Below are positions 36,172 to 44,009 of a stretch of DNA of 49,864 nucleotides, piece after piece (position 1 is the first letter of the stretch; each line of letters begins with the position of its first letter). Both the position numbers and the translations under genes were made by a program. The notes beneath the pieces are model-generated. The model had not been told where the DNA came from and ran no database searches. It worked only from the letters and a program-made list of their open reading frames with translations. This stretch comes from Solirubrobacterales bacterium. GTDB taxonomy: Bacteria; Actinomycetota; Thermoleophilia; Solirubrobacterales; 70-9. Location: positions 1-49,864 of the forward strand of contig DASZQM010000209.1 in NCBI GenBank assembly GCA_035549645.1, given 5' to 3'.

Positions 36172-36600
36172 TCAGTCGTTCAGCTCAAGTAGCTCGCATG
36201 CGGCCCGTGCGTTGATCGCCGGCGGCTTCAGCTCCTTGTTGTGATCGAGCAGGTCCTTGTCGCCGGTGACGATGGCCTCGGCCTGCGCCTCCCGAGCCAG
36301 GGCGGGAAGGTAGTCGTCCTTGGGGTCACGCAGCTCAGGGGGAACGTCGGGTGGGTCGTCAAAGGAGATGGCGATCTCCTCGATGCGAGCCACGGCCCTG
36401 CGCGCCTCGGTTGCCGTGACGCGTTCGCGGAAGTAGGGCTTGCGCAGAGCCTTGTTCACCTCGCGGAGAATCTCCGGGCAGATCGCTATCTCGAAGCGCA
36501 TTGCCTGCATCGCGCGAATGAGCTGGGCGGGCGGCGAGCCCGACCGGATCCCCGCAATCCCCGACACGAGCGTGTTGGGGTCGAGGACGAGTCGCTTCAA
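36172..36600 (-). CDS. PIN-domain toxin (VapC-like)
   Basis: LVLDPNTLVS (first acidic residue) and IVTGDKDLL (C-terminal acidic motif). 4-nt overlap with the upstream small gene. Confidence 0.8.
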   Translation of the reverse strand: MKRLVLDPNTLVSGIAGIRSGSPPAQLIRAMQAMRFEIAICPEILREVNKALRKPYFRERVTATEARRAVARIEEIAISFDDPPDVPPELRDPKDDYLPALAREAQAEAIVTGDKDLLDHNKELKPPAINARAACELLELND

Positions 36601-36926
36601 ACGTCGCCGCCGGGGGCTCGCTCCGCTCGCACCTCGCGCACGGCCTTGACCGCTTCACGCTCGATCTCGTCGGGGTCGACCCCCGCGAAGCGGGCGCCGA
36701 TCTGCTCGATCGCGTCGTCGCCCTCCTTGATCCGCACGAGCGATTCCATCAGCTCTCGCTCGCTCTTCTGCGGCTCCCGCGTGCGTAGCACCTTCAGCGT
36801 CTGGGCGTAGCGTTCGACCGCCTCCAGCGCCTCCAGCGCGACAGGCACCTGTTCGTCGGGTATGTCCTTTAGGAGCTGCTCGGCCTTCTCACGGGTCGTC
36901 ATGGGCACAGGGTACCTCGGCTGCAT
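36597..36926 (-). CDS. Putative antitoxin of the PIN toxin
   Basis: Small acidic 109-aa protein, translationally coupled upstream of the PIN gene. Confidence 0.55.
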   Translation of the reverse strand: MQPRYPVPMTTREKAEQLLKDIPDEQVPVALEALEAVERYAQTLKVLRTREPQKSERELMESLVRIKEGDDAIEQIGARFAGVDPDEIEREAVKAVREVRAERAPGGDV

Positions 36927-37324
36927 CGCGGAAATCAGACCAGACCGAACCGTCGGTTGCTCGCCAGTCGAATCTAAAAGTTTCGTTACCGGAATACACG
37001 GCGATTAGCGCGGATGCGCGGCGATTACGTAAGGCGCCGTAGGGCGACTTGACTTCTCCTGGTCAGCGGAGCTACTCCAGGGGTATGAAGATCTCGCACG
37101 CTGTTTCCCGAGTCCCCGTGCGGTGGAGACCACGGCCCGCGCACCTCCCGATGCGCCGAGGCGGACGGTCGCCGCTGCGTCCATCCCTTCGACCAAGACT
37201 GCGTTCGTCGCTTCGTCCAACCCTTCAGCTCGAAACGGGGCCGGACCGCCGTGAACGCCGATGGCAGCGCCGTTTCCCGGCTTGGCGTTTTGCCGACATC
37301 TCTACGCTGCATCTAGGTCGGGAC

Positions 37325-38425
37325 ATGAAGTGCAATCTCGCCACCTCGACCCTGCTCTCGATCGTTCCCGCCTCGTCGCTCGCGCCCTTCGCTCTCGGCG
37401 CCGTCGCTATCGCCTCCGCGCTGGCTACGCAGCGGCTCGATCCCGCAACGGCGCGCAGCGACCGGCATGGCCGGCGCTCGCGTGGCCATACCGGTGCGCG
37501 GACCGATCGCCCCGCCGAGAAGGAGGGTCGCCACCCGGCGCCAAGCGCCGCCGTCGGCCTGCCGGAGGCGACCGCCGAGATCATCGCCTCGCTGGGCGAG
37601 CATCGCGTCCTCTCCACCGAGCAGGTGAGGACGATCCATCTGCCGGGCCGCAGCCTGCGGCGCACGCAGCAGATCCTCGCCGGCATCGAGGAGGCCGGGC
37701 TGATCCACCACGTCGACACGCGGATCGCGCCACGACGGCTCTGGTTCGTCAGCGAGCGCGGTGCCGCGCTGGCCTTCGAGCTGGTCGGGTTGGAGACGCA
37801 GCCGAGGGTGCTCCAGGCCACCGATGCGGCCGGACCGCTGAGGGCGCACACCCTCGCCGTCAACGACGCCGCGATCTGCTTCCTGAAGGCGGCGCGCGAG
37901 CGCGGCGACGAATTCGGCCCGTTCTCCTGGCGCCAAGAGATCGCCCACCCCATGGGCCGCGGTCGCGGTCGTCGTCGCCGCACGCTCTTCGCAGACGCCG
38001 TCCTCACCTACCTGCGACCCGAGGACCGCGACACGGTCCTCGAGCTGCGCTTCCTTGAGCTTGACCGCGCCACGCTCTCGGTCGATCGCCTCGTTGCGGA
38101 GCTGAGTCGCTATGCCCAGCTCTACCGGGCCACCGACGCGGAAGGACAGCCGCTCTGGCGCAATCGCTATCCGGTCTTCCCGAGGGTTCTCTGCGTGCTG
38201 ACCGGCGCCTCCCGGGAAGCGCTGACCACGCGGCGCACATTCGCGTCGATGCTCCTGCGCGACCACCCGGCAATGGCGCAGGCGCGCGGCGAGGTGGCGG
38301 TCAGCTTCTGCCGCCTCGAAGACCTGCAGCGAAAGGGGCCGTTCGCGCCGATCTTCCGCGAAGTGCTCGACCCCAAACGCTCGGTTGACTGGCTCGGCAA
38401 CTCGCCCGACGACGAGGAGCGGTAG
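37325..38425 (+). CDS. Replication-relaxation family protein
   Basis: LGEHRVLSTEQVRTIHLPGRSLRRTQQILAGIEEAGLIHHV (wHTH), HTLAVNDAAICF and LELDRATLS are typical of the Replic_Relax family. The ATG at 37325 was chosen because the upstream part of the track ORF is Arg/Pro-rich junk. Confidence 0.65.
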   Translation: MKCNLATSTLLSIVPASSLAPFALGAVAIASALATQRLDPATARSDRHGRRSRGHTGARTDRPAEKEGRHPAPSAAVGLPEATAEIIASLGEHRVLSTEQVRTIHLPGRSLRRTQQILAGIEEAGLIHHVDTRIAPRRLWFVSERGAALAFELVGLETQPRVLQATDAAGPLRAHTLAVNDAAICFLKAARERGDEFGPFSWRQEIAHPMGRGRGRRRRTLFADAVLTYLRPEDRDTVLELRFLELDRATLSVDRLVAELSRYAQLYRATDAEGQPLWRNRYPVFPRVLCVLTGASREALTTRRTFASMLLRDHPAMAQARGEVAVSFCRLEDLQRKGPFAPIFREVLDPKRSVDWLGNSPDDEER

Positions 38426-38644
38426 GCATGCGTCCCGGGCCAGCTGGCTCGCTTCCTGGGCGCAGCGGAGCTATCTTCGTCGGACAGGAAACAGACGGCC
38501 GGGCGGCGCGCAAACGCCCCCGGCCCGGCGTCGAAGGTTCGAGCTTCGGCGCGATGTCCAGCCTAGAGGCGAGCGGATCTCCGCCGCCACTTGGCGACCG
38601 CGCCTGCCACTCCTTCGGTGCTCACGGACCAGGAGGTGACAGAA

Positions 38645-39943
38645 GTGGCTCGTAGATCGGAAGGCCAGGTGGTTGAGCGCCACTGGAAGAGCGGGCGCGG
38701 TTACGCACTGCGCTTCCGCGCCTACGGGGAGCGCCAGTACCTGACGCTGGGTTCGGAGACCGAGGGCTGGAACCGCAACCGCGCCGAGGAGGAGCTGGCG
38801 AACGTCATGGCCGACGTGCGGCGCGGCATTTGGGTCCCCCCGACGCGGCGACCTCGCAGAGCCAGGGCAGCGGAGGAGGCATCCGGCACGATGCCGACCT
38901 TCGGCTCCTTTGCCCGGAGCCTGATGGCGGCCCGCAGGAGCGAGATGAGCGAGGCGAACTACGCCTACAAGGAGAACGCGCTCGCGCACGTCGTGCCCTA
39001 CTTCGGGAGCTGGCCACTTCACGAGATCGACATCCAGGCGGTCGATGCCTTCCGCGGCCACATGGTCGAGGTCTCCGAGGCCCGGCGCCGCGCGAGGGAG
39101 AGCGGCCAGTCGATGCGCAATGGCTGGGGACAGGCGCTGCGGCCTCTCTCGCCGGCGACGATCAACAAGACGATCGACACCTTGCAGTGGGTGCTCTCGG
39201 TGGCGGTGGAGTACCGATACATCACCGAGAACCCCGCGGCTGGCCGCCGACGCCGCCTCAGGGCGATGAGGCCCGCTCCGGTGCATCTGGACTCGGTCGA
39301 GCAGATCGCGACGCTGCTGGAGGCGGCGGGCCAACTCGACCGCGACAAGCGCTGGCTCACGAACGATCGCCGGCCGATCATCGCCACGCTGCTCCTCGCC
39401 GGACCTCGGGCAGGCGAGCTGTGCAACCTGCGCTGGCGCGACGTCGACCTCGCCAACGGCCGCATCTCGATCGGCCGCTCCAAGACCCAGGCCGGACTAC
39501 GGGAGATCGTCCTGCTGCCCCTCTTGCGTGACGAACTCTCCGCTCACAAGGCGTGCGCCTACCGCAGCGGCGCTGACGATCCGGTGTTCCCCACCGGGAC
39601 CGGCGGCTACCGCGACAAGGACAACCTCCGCAACCGCATCCTCGCCTCGGCCGTTAAGCGGGCCGACGAGCTGCTCGAAGAGCGCGGCCATACGCCGCTG
39701 CCACGGGGAGTCACGCCGCACAAGCTGCGCCATACCTTCGCCTCGATCCTGATCGCCACCGGCGAGGACCCGGCCTCGGTGATGGCCCAGCTTGGCCACA
39801 CCGACCCGAAGTTCACCCTGCGCGTCTACACGCACATCATGCGCCGCGACCCGGCCGAGCGGGCGCGACTGAAGGCACTGGTCGGCGGCGATTCGATCGA
39901 GTTGGCGGAGCTGGCGACGCCTGAGCGAGACGTGCGACGATGA
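38645..39943 (+). CDS. int: Tyrosine-type site-specific integrase
   Basis: Motifs LAGPRAGELCNLRW (Arg I), HKLRHTFASIL (HxxR) and LGHTDPKFTLRVYTH (catalytic Tyr). The GTG at 38645 is preceded by AGGAGG (38631-38636). Confidence 0.9.
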   Translation: MARRSEGQVVERHWKSGRGYALRFRAYGERQYLTLGSETEGWNRNRAEEELANVMADVRRGIWVPPTRRPRRARAAEEASGTMPTFGSFARSLMAARRSEMSEANYAYKENALAHVVPYFGSWPLHEIDIQAVDAFRGHMVEVSEARRRARESGQSMRNGWGQALRPLSPATINKTIDTLQWVLSVAVEYRYITENPAAGRRRRLRAMRPAPVHLDSVEQIATLLEAAGQLDRDKRWLTNDRRPIIATLLLAGPRAGELCNLRWRDVDLANGRISIGRSKTQAGLREIVLLPLLRDELSAHKACAYRSGADDPVFPTGTGGYRDKDNLRNRILASAVKRADELLEERGHTPLPRGVTPHKLRHTFASILIATGEDPASVMAQLGHTDPKFTLRVYTHIMRRDPAERARLKALVGGDSIELAELATPERDVRR

Positions 39944-40003
39944 CCATCGCCAAGATTGAGGTACTGCCAGGGCTATCTCCGACACATTCCAATGGGAGGA
40001 ACC

Positions 40004-40258
40004 ATGAAAGTTGAGCGTCAGGAAGATGTGGAAAATGTCCCAGCCGATGAATTGCTGCTCGGAGCATCTACCTGGAACCCGAAAGAGAGTTCGCTGAAGT
40101 ACGCATGGCCAGACAAGAACGGCAAGCGCGCCCGCGGTGGTGAGGTACCCATAACCGCGGTGCCACAGGCAGTCTTGTTTGCGGGGCGTGAGGGATATTT
40201 GACGCGCGAGGCAATGGCGCGAATCATCAAAGGACTGACTGACGTACTAGCAGGCTAG
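40004..40258 (+). CDS. Small hypothetical protein (84 aa)
   Basis: ATG preceded by GGGAGGA. Lower-G+C codon usage. Convergent with the PNP gene. Confidence 0.45.
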   Translation: MKVERQEDVENVPADELLLGASTWNPKESSLKYAWPDKNGKRARGGEVPITAVPQAVLFAGREGYLTREAMARIIKGLTDVLAG

Positions 40259-40302
40259 GCGGCCATCGCCGACCACATCCTGATCGAGTGCGTGCGCGTG
40301 TG

Positions 40303-41457
40303 TCAGTCGTTGAGGTCGTCTGGTTGATAACAGTTGAGCAACTCGAAAGCGAAGGCGGCTGCGTTGGCGGCGGCAATCTTCGGTGCCCCAGCCTTTCGGG
40401 CGTCGTCCTTGTCGTGACAGAGGTCTGAGATTCCGCGAACAACAATGCCTGCGACCTTCTCGCTTTGATCGAGGGCAGCGAGGAAGCCGTGGCCCTCCAT
40501 CTCCACTGCAACGGCCTTGTCGAGGTTCTTGCGTAGGCGCTCATAGACAGTCGAGTCACTATCGCGAATCAGCTTTTCGCCTGCCGCGATGGGCTCGACG
40601 ACAACATCCGGTGGCTGGCCGTTGATCCGCTCCGCGGAGCTTCGTTGGCGCCAGGCATTCCCCAGGGCGACGTGGTGCGCTTGTTGGCGCAGCGAATGGG
40701 CGGCACCAGCGGATTTCTGGCGCTGCTGGAACTCAGCGCGTTCCACCCCCCACTCGTAGTTATAGATCTCGGTTGCCGCAACAACATCCCCCCACTTCAT
40801 GCCCTGCTCAGAAAGGCCGCCGGCGATTCCCACGAAGAGGGCGACGGAAGGCTCGAAGCGAGCGATCGCGCGCTCTGCCGCCGCGGCGGCGTTGCCGCCC
40901 CCCGCTTCGGTGATGGCAGCGGCGATCCGCCAGTCGACGTGATGTCCGCGGAAGCTGCCGGTCTTGTAAATCGTGCCCGACTCCCGCTCGTCGCTTACGT
41001 CCTTGAGATGGGTAATGACTGCCGCGAGCTCCAGGGGCAAGGCCGTGAGGATGACGGCAGAGATGGTGGGAGGGTTTGGATTCGCCTCGGCAAGGCCGCG
41101 GGCGGTCATTCTGAAGCGCCGTGCAGGTTTCCATTGATCGAGACGCTCGAATTCAGCACTGCAACCCTTGCAATCAATCGACTCCTCGGCCTCAAGTTCA
41201 GCCTCGGCGGTTTCGCGGAGGAGCGCCAACCCACATGACGGGCAACAGAGGACTTCCTCCGCGGCGAGAAAATCGAATTGTGGATCGGCGGCCAGGTCGA
41301 GTAGGCGCTGCGCCCGTGAAGCATCAATTTCAGCGATATCAGCGACCTGCTTGGCGTCGAACCGATCGTCGGAGCCGCGCCGATAGAGATACGAGATGAA
41401 AGACGTGACGGTGTCAACGCCCTGAACGGCCGCTTGCTCAGCAAAGGCGTCGAACAT
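40303..41457 (-). CDS. Zn-ribbon plus PNP_UDP_1 (purine nucleoside phosphorylase / nucleosidase superfamily) protein, a candidate immune effector
   Basis: N-terminal CCPSCG...CKGC (CxxC...CxxC). The C-terminal domain has FVGIAGGLS, VAVEMEGHGF and VRGISD motifs, typical of MTA/SAH-nucleosidase-like folds. Confidence 0.75.
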   Translation of the reverse strand: MFDAFAEQAAVQGVDTVTSFISYLYRRGSDDRFDAKQVADIAEIDASRAQRLLDLAADPQFDFLAAEEVLCCPSCGLALLRETAEAELEAEESIDCKGCSAEFERLDQWKPARRFRMTARGLAEANPNPPTISAVILTALPLELAAVITHLKDVSDERESGTIYKTGSFRGHHVDWRIAAAITEAGGGNAAAAAERAIARFEPSVALFVGIAGGLSEQGMKWGDVVAATEIYNYEWGVERAEFQQRQKSAGAAHSLRQQAHHVALGNAWRQRSSAERINGQPPDVVVEPIAAGEKLIRDSDSTVYERLRKNLDKAVAVEMEGHGFLAALDQSEKVAGIVVRGISDLCHDKDDARKAGAPKIAAANAAAFAFELLNCYQPDDLND

Positions 41458-42487
41458 TGCGCAAAACGTATTCGACCGACTGGCGGTCGCTGGGAGCCAT
41501 GAAATGGATGCGTGAGTCGCCAGCGAGGATGACCGTGTGCAGCTCGTCCTCTAGGGGGTTGCCTCCGTCGGAAATTCGGGTCTGATCCAGCCAGAAAACG
41601 TTGCCGAGACGGCCACGGCTGACCTTCGCGAGCGAGTTGACCGCTTCATCAACCGCCTTCTCTCCCGCCGCGGCGGTATGCGCATCTGCGCTCGAAACGT
41701 CAATCTCGCGCCCGCCAGCGCTCTGCATTCCGACCCTGATCGAGCGAGTGAGTGCGCCGTTGCCGTCGCGCTCTTTCTGGGCGAGAGCTTGGATGGCTTT
41801 GCGCAGATCGAGCCGAGTAAAGGAGCCCTTGAAGCCGAGCCAGTCCTGAATCAGCTCACCGAAGCGCCCCTCCGCCAACTCATAGTCGTAACCGCGATGG
41901 GCTTTAGAGATGTGAAGGGTCGCCTGAGAGTTAGTGAGGTCCCAGCGCAAGGTGAAAAGACCACGTCCGGTACGGCGGGTGTAGGCGTGGTACTCAACCG
42001 GCGTGCCATCGATTTCGCCCTCGTGATCGTAATCGGGGACCCGCTCGGTGTACCCACGCGACTCCACTGCACGGATCTCGACTGAATCGTCAGCAACAAC
42101 GATTGTTGCGAGGGTCAGCTCCGGAGGGATGATCAGCTGTGGAGGTTCGTCGAGAATGTCGCCCAAGCCAGCCTGCCTGAGACGTTTACTGACCTTGGCT
42201 TTGTCACGCCACGCTGCAGTGACTTCGTCGGCAATGTCATAGAGATACACGTGTTGGTTGCCCCACGGCTCGACCTCATCGAGATACGCGGCGATATCGG
42301 CAGCGGTTACGTCTTCGTCGCGAGCAGCCTCGTTGAGACGGCGTCGAAGCTCCCGCTTTGGGCCAGAGCGGGGAAGCTCGAGGCGACGGAGCAACTCGCG
42401 AATACGGTCGCTGCGTAGCGAGAGCAGATAGTCAATTAGCTCGCGAAGATCGTCTGGCAATTTTTGAGGCACAGCTCCTACCCCCAC
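41438..42487 (-). CDS. SAP-motif N-terminal domain protein with a C-terminal domain of unknown function
   Basis: IRELLRRLELPRSGPKRELRRRLNEA fits the SAP helix-extended-helix motif. The rest matches nothing I recognise. It overlaps the downstream PNP gene by 20 nt. An AT-rich promoter-like region lies upstream at 42490-42560. Confidence 0.6.
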   Translation of the reverse strand: MGVGAVPQKLPDDLRELIDYLLSLRSDRIRELLRRLELPRSGPKRELRRRLNEAARDEDVTAADIAAYLDEVEPWGNQHVYLYDIADEVTAAWRDKAKVSKRLRQAGLGDILDEPPQLIIPPELTLATIVVADDSVEIRAVESRGYTERVPDYDHEGEIDGTPVEYHAYTRRTGRGLFTLRWDLTNSQATLHISKAHRGYDYELAEGRFGELIQDWLGFKGSFTRLDLRKAIQALAQKERDGNGALTRSIRVGMQSAGGREIDVSSADAHTAAAGEKAVDEAVNSLAKVSRGRLGNVFWLDQTRISDGGNPLEDELHTVILAGDSRIHFMAPSDRQSVEYVLRNVRRLC

Positions 42488-42637
42488 CTGGCTTCCGAGG
42501 AAACAACTAGTTGCTAAACGGAAATAGTTTAGGGCCTAATTAAAAACGTACTTATCTAAATCGATGCCCAGGCCCGGATTGCTCGAACATTGGGGCGCTG
42601 TTGGCATGCGCTGTCTCATCACGTTTGCCTCCGCCAT

Positions 42638-42744
42638 GCATCTGCCGTTTCTCGAGGGCCGAGGCAGGTGTCGAGACGCCCAACCAGCGGACGCTTCGCA
42701 CCTCCCTGTGGCCTGCGCCTCGGCCCTCGAGAAACGGCAGATGC
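42638..42744. repeat. Perfect 27-bp inverted repeat with a 53-nt spacer
   Basis: 42638-42664 GCATCTGCCGTTTCTCGAGGGCCGAGG is the exact reverse complement of 42718-42744 CCTCGGCCCTCGAGAAACGGCAGATGC. Confidence 0.9.
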
Positions 42745-42754
42745 GACTGGCTGG

Positions 42755-42994
42755 TCATTTCGGCTTCCCGTCCTTGAGGACGTAGGCGCGCGGGCGTTTC
42801 TTGGCTTGGCGGATCTTTCTGTCCTTCGCGAGGCGGACGAGACAGTTGGCGATGGCGCCGGCCGAGTGTTCGATGCCCTTGCCGATCGCGCTGGCCGTCA
42901 GCGGGCCGTCGTCTGTGCGCTTGCGCATGTAAGCGAGCACCTGGCCATCCAGCTCTCCGGGGCGAAGGCGCTTTCCCTTCTGGGCCGCGCTCAT
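42755..42994 (-). CDS. Small winged-helix DNA-binding protein
   Basis: LDGQVLAYMRKRTDDGPLTASAIGKGIEHSAGAIANCLVRLAKDRKI has a MarR/wHTH-like pattern. The ATG at 42994 overlaps the upstream gene stop (ATGA). Confidence 0.5.
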   Translation of the reverse strand: MSAAQKGKRLRPGELDGQVLAYMRKRTDDGPLTASAIGKGIEHSAGAIANCLVRLAKDRKIRQAKKRPRAYVLKDGKPK

Positions 42995-43401
42995 GGCGAT
43001 TCGCCCTTCTGGGGGTCGAGATCGACGAGAATTTTCGCGCAAGCGTCGTGCCCGATCTGAAAGCGATCGTCGGTCCTGGCGTCTTCTTCGCTTGCCTCGC
43101 GCTCGGTGCCCGACTCGACCAGGACTTTGTCTGCTTCGGCGTGGAGACGCCGAAGCAGTTCGGTCAGGTCGAGTGGCGGCATGGTCAGCTCGAAGCTCTT
43201 GCGATCATTGTCTGCGGCCCAGCCGATGTCCGCCAGCAGGCGGAAGTCTTCTCCGAACTCCAGGGCGAGGCACTCAGCGGTGGCGTAGTCCCTACTCCGC
43301 CCGAACGCGGTCCACAGGGCGTCGATGCTGTAGAGGTGGTGGCGGACCAGTTCGTAGAGGCCGTCGCGCTGGTCTTTGGTGATCGTTGCCGTGACGGGCA
43401 T
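42991..43401 (-). CDS. Hypothetical protein (136 aa)
   Basis: The ATG at 43401 is preceded by AGGAGG 5 nt upstream on the minus strand. Acidic helical protein with no family recognised. Confidence 0.5.
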   Translation of the reverse strand: MPVTATITKDQRDGLYELVRHHLYSIDALWTAFGRSRDYATAECLALEFGEDFRLLADIGWAADNDRKSFELTMPPLDLTELLRRLHAEADKVLVESGTEREASEEDARTDDRFQIGHDACAKILVDLDPQKGESP

Positions 43402-43723
43402 GCGCCCTCCTTTCGGTAGGGCACCGAAGAGCCGCCGCGATGCCTCGCCGGAGTACTCCGGCGAGTAGCGTTCTCTGCGCATCGAAGGCGTGTACTTCGG
43501 TGCCGGCCCCGGGGCGTTACAGCGCCGCCGGGGCGTTCTTATGTGCTCGCCGACCGTAGCTCCGCTCGCCCACGAAAGCGAGTCCGAATCGGCGTGAATC
43601 GCCGCTAATCCCCGCGCATCGCCCCGTTTTCAGGCACTCGTGCCCGAAACTGAGCACCGCTGGCGCTGACCGTAGCGCCCCGGCACCAACCGGAACCCGC
43701 CCACGTGCAGGGACTTCAAATCA

Positions 43724-43796
43724 TGGAGCTAGGCGGATTCGAACCGCCGACCTCCTGGGTGCGATCCAAGTGCTCTGCCAACTGAGCTATAGCCCC
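43724..43796 (-). tRNA. tRNA-Ala (anticodon CGC)
   Basis: Folded by hand from GGGGCTATAGCTCAGTTGGCAGAGCACTTGGATCGCACCCAGGAGGTCGGCGGTTCGAATCCGCCTAGCTCCA. It has a 7-bp acceptor stem with the G3:U70 Ala identity pair, anticodon loop AT-CGC-AC and a GGTTCGAATCC T-arm. No encoded CCA. Confidence 0.9.
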
Positions 43797-43881
43797 GAAA
43801 GTGGCGATTTGCAGGAAAAGATTGCTCTCCTGCTATCCGCTTTGACCCGTTAATCCTACAGCGAATATGCGCGGATATGCG

Positions 43882-43968
43882 GCGATGTGATCCGTGTCGG
43901 GAACTTCTGGTGAGAAGTTCCCGAAATCGAGGAGGCCGGTTCAAGATGACCGACCTCCTGGATGCAAT
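43882..43968 (+). repeat. Repeat R1: ~87-nt element with a 9-bp hairpin and a degenerate tRNA-3'-half-like segment
   Basis: Aligns with 45844-45931 with about a dozen mismatches and one 1-nt indel. Hairpin GGGAACTTC-TGGTGA-GAAGTTCCC at 43899-43922. The tail CCGACCTCCTGGATGCAAT resembles the tRNA-Ala segment CCGACCTCCTGGGTGCGAT. Confidence 0.75.
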
Positions 43969-44009
43969 AGGCCGGCCACGACAGCAGCGGAGAGAAGGCG
44001 ACCACCGCG

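Larger units (their letters stand above)
29026..43796. mobile_element. ~14.8 kb integrated genomic island in tRNA-Ala(CGC). It has an integrase, a replication-relaxation protein, TA modules and defence-like cargo.
   Basis: Direct 42-nt tRNA-derived repeats lie at both ends. A tyrosine integrase is at 38645..39943 and a Replic_Relax-type protein at 37325..38425. Cargo consists of PIN, AbiEi, SIR2 and PNP genes. A lower-G+C patch is visible at ~39.95-42.6 kb. Confidence 0.8.

Noticed and set aside
36940-37060. Possible internal att site (a third tRNA-fragment copy) dividing the island into two tandem elements.
   Set aside because: Only a weak resemblance (CGAACCGTCGG vs CGAACCGCCGACC) and no copy of the 42-nt core. 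It is kept only as a motif observation, not called as an att site.
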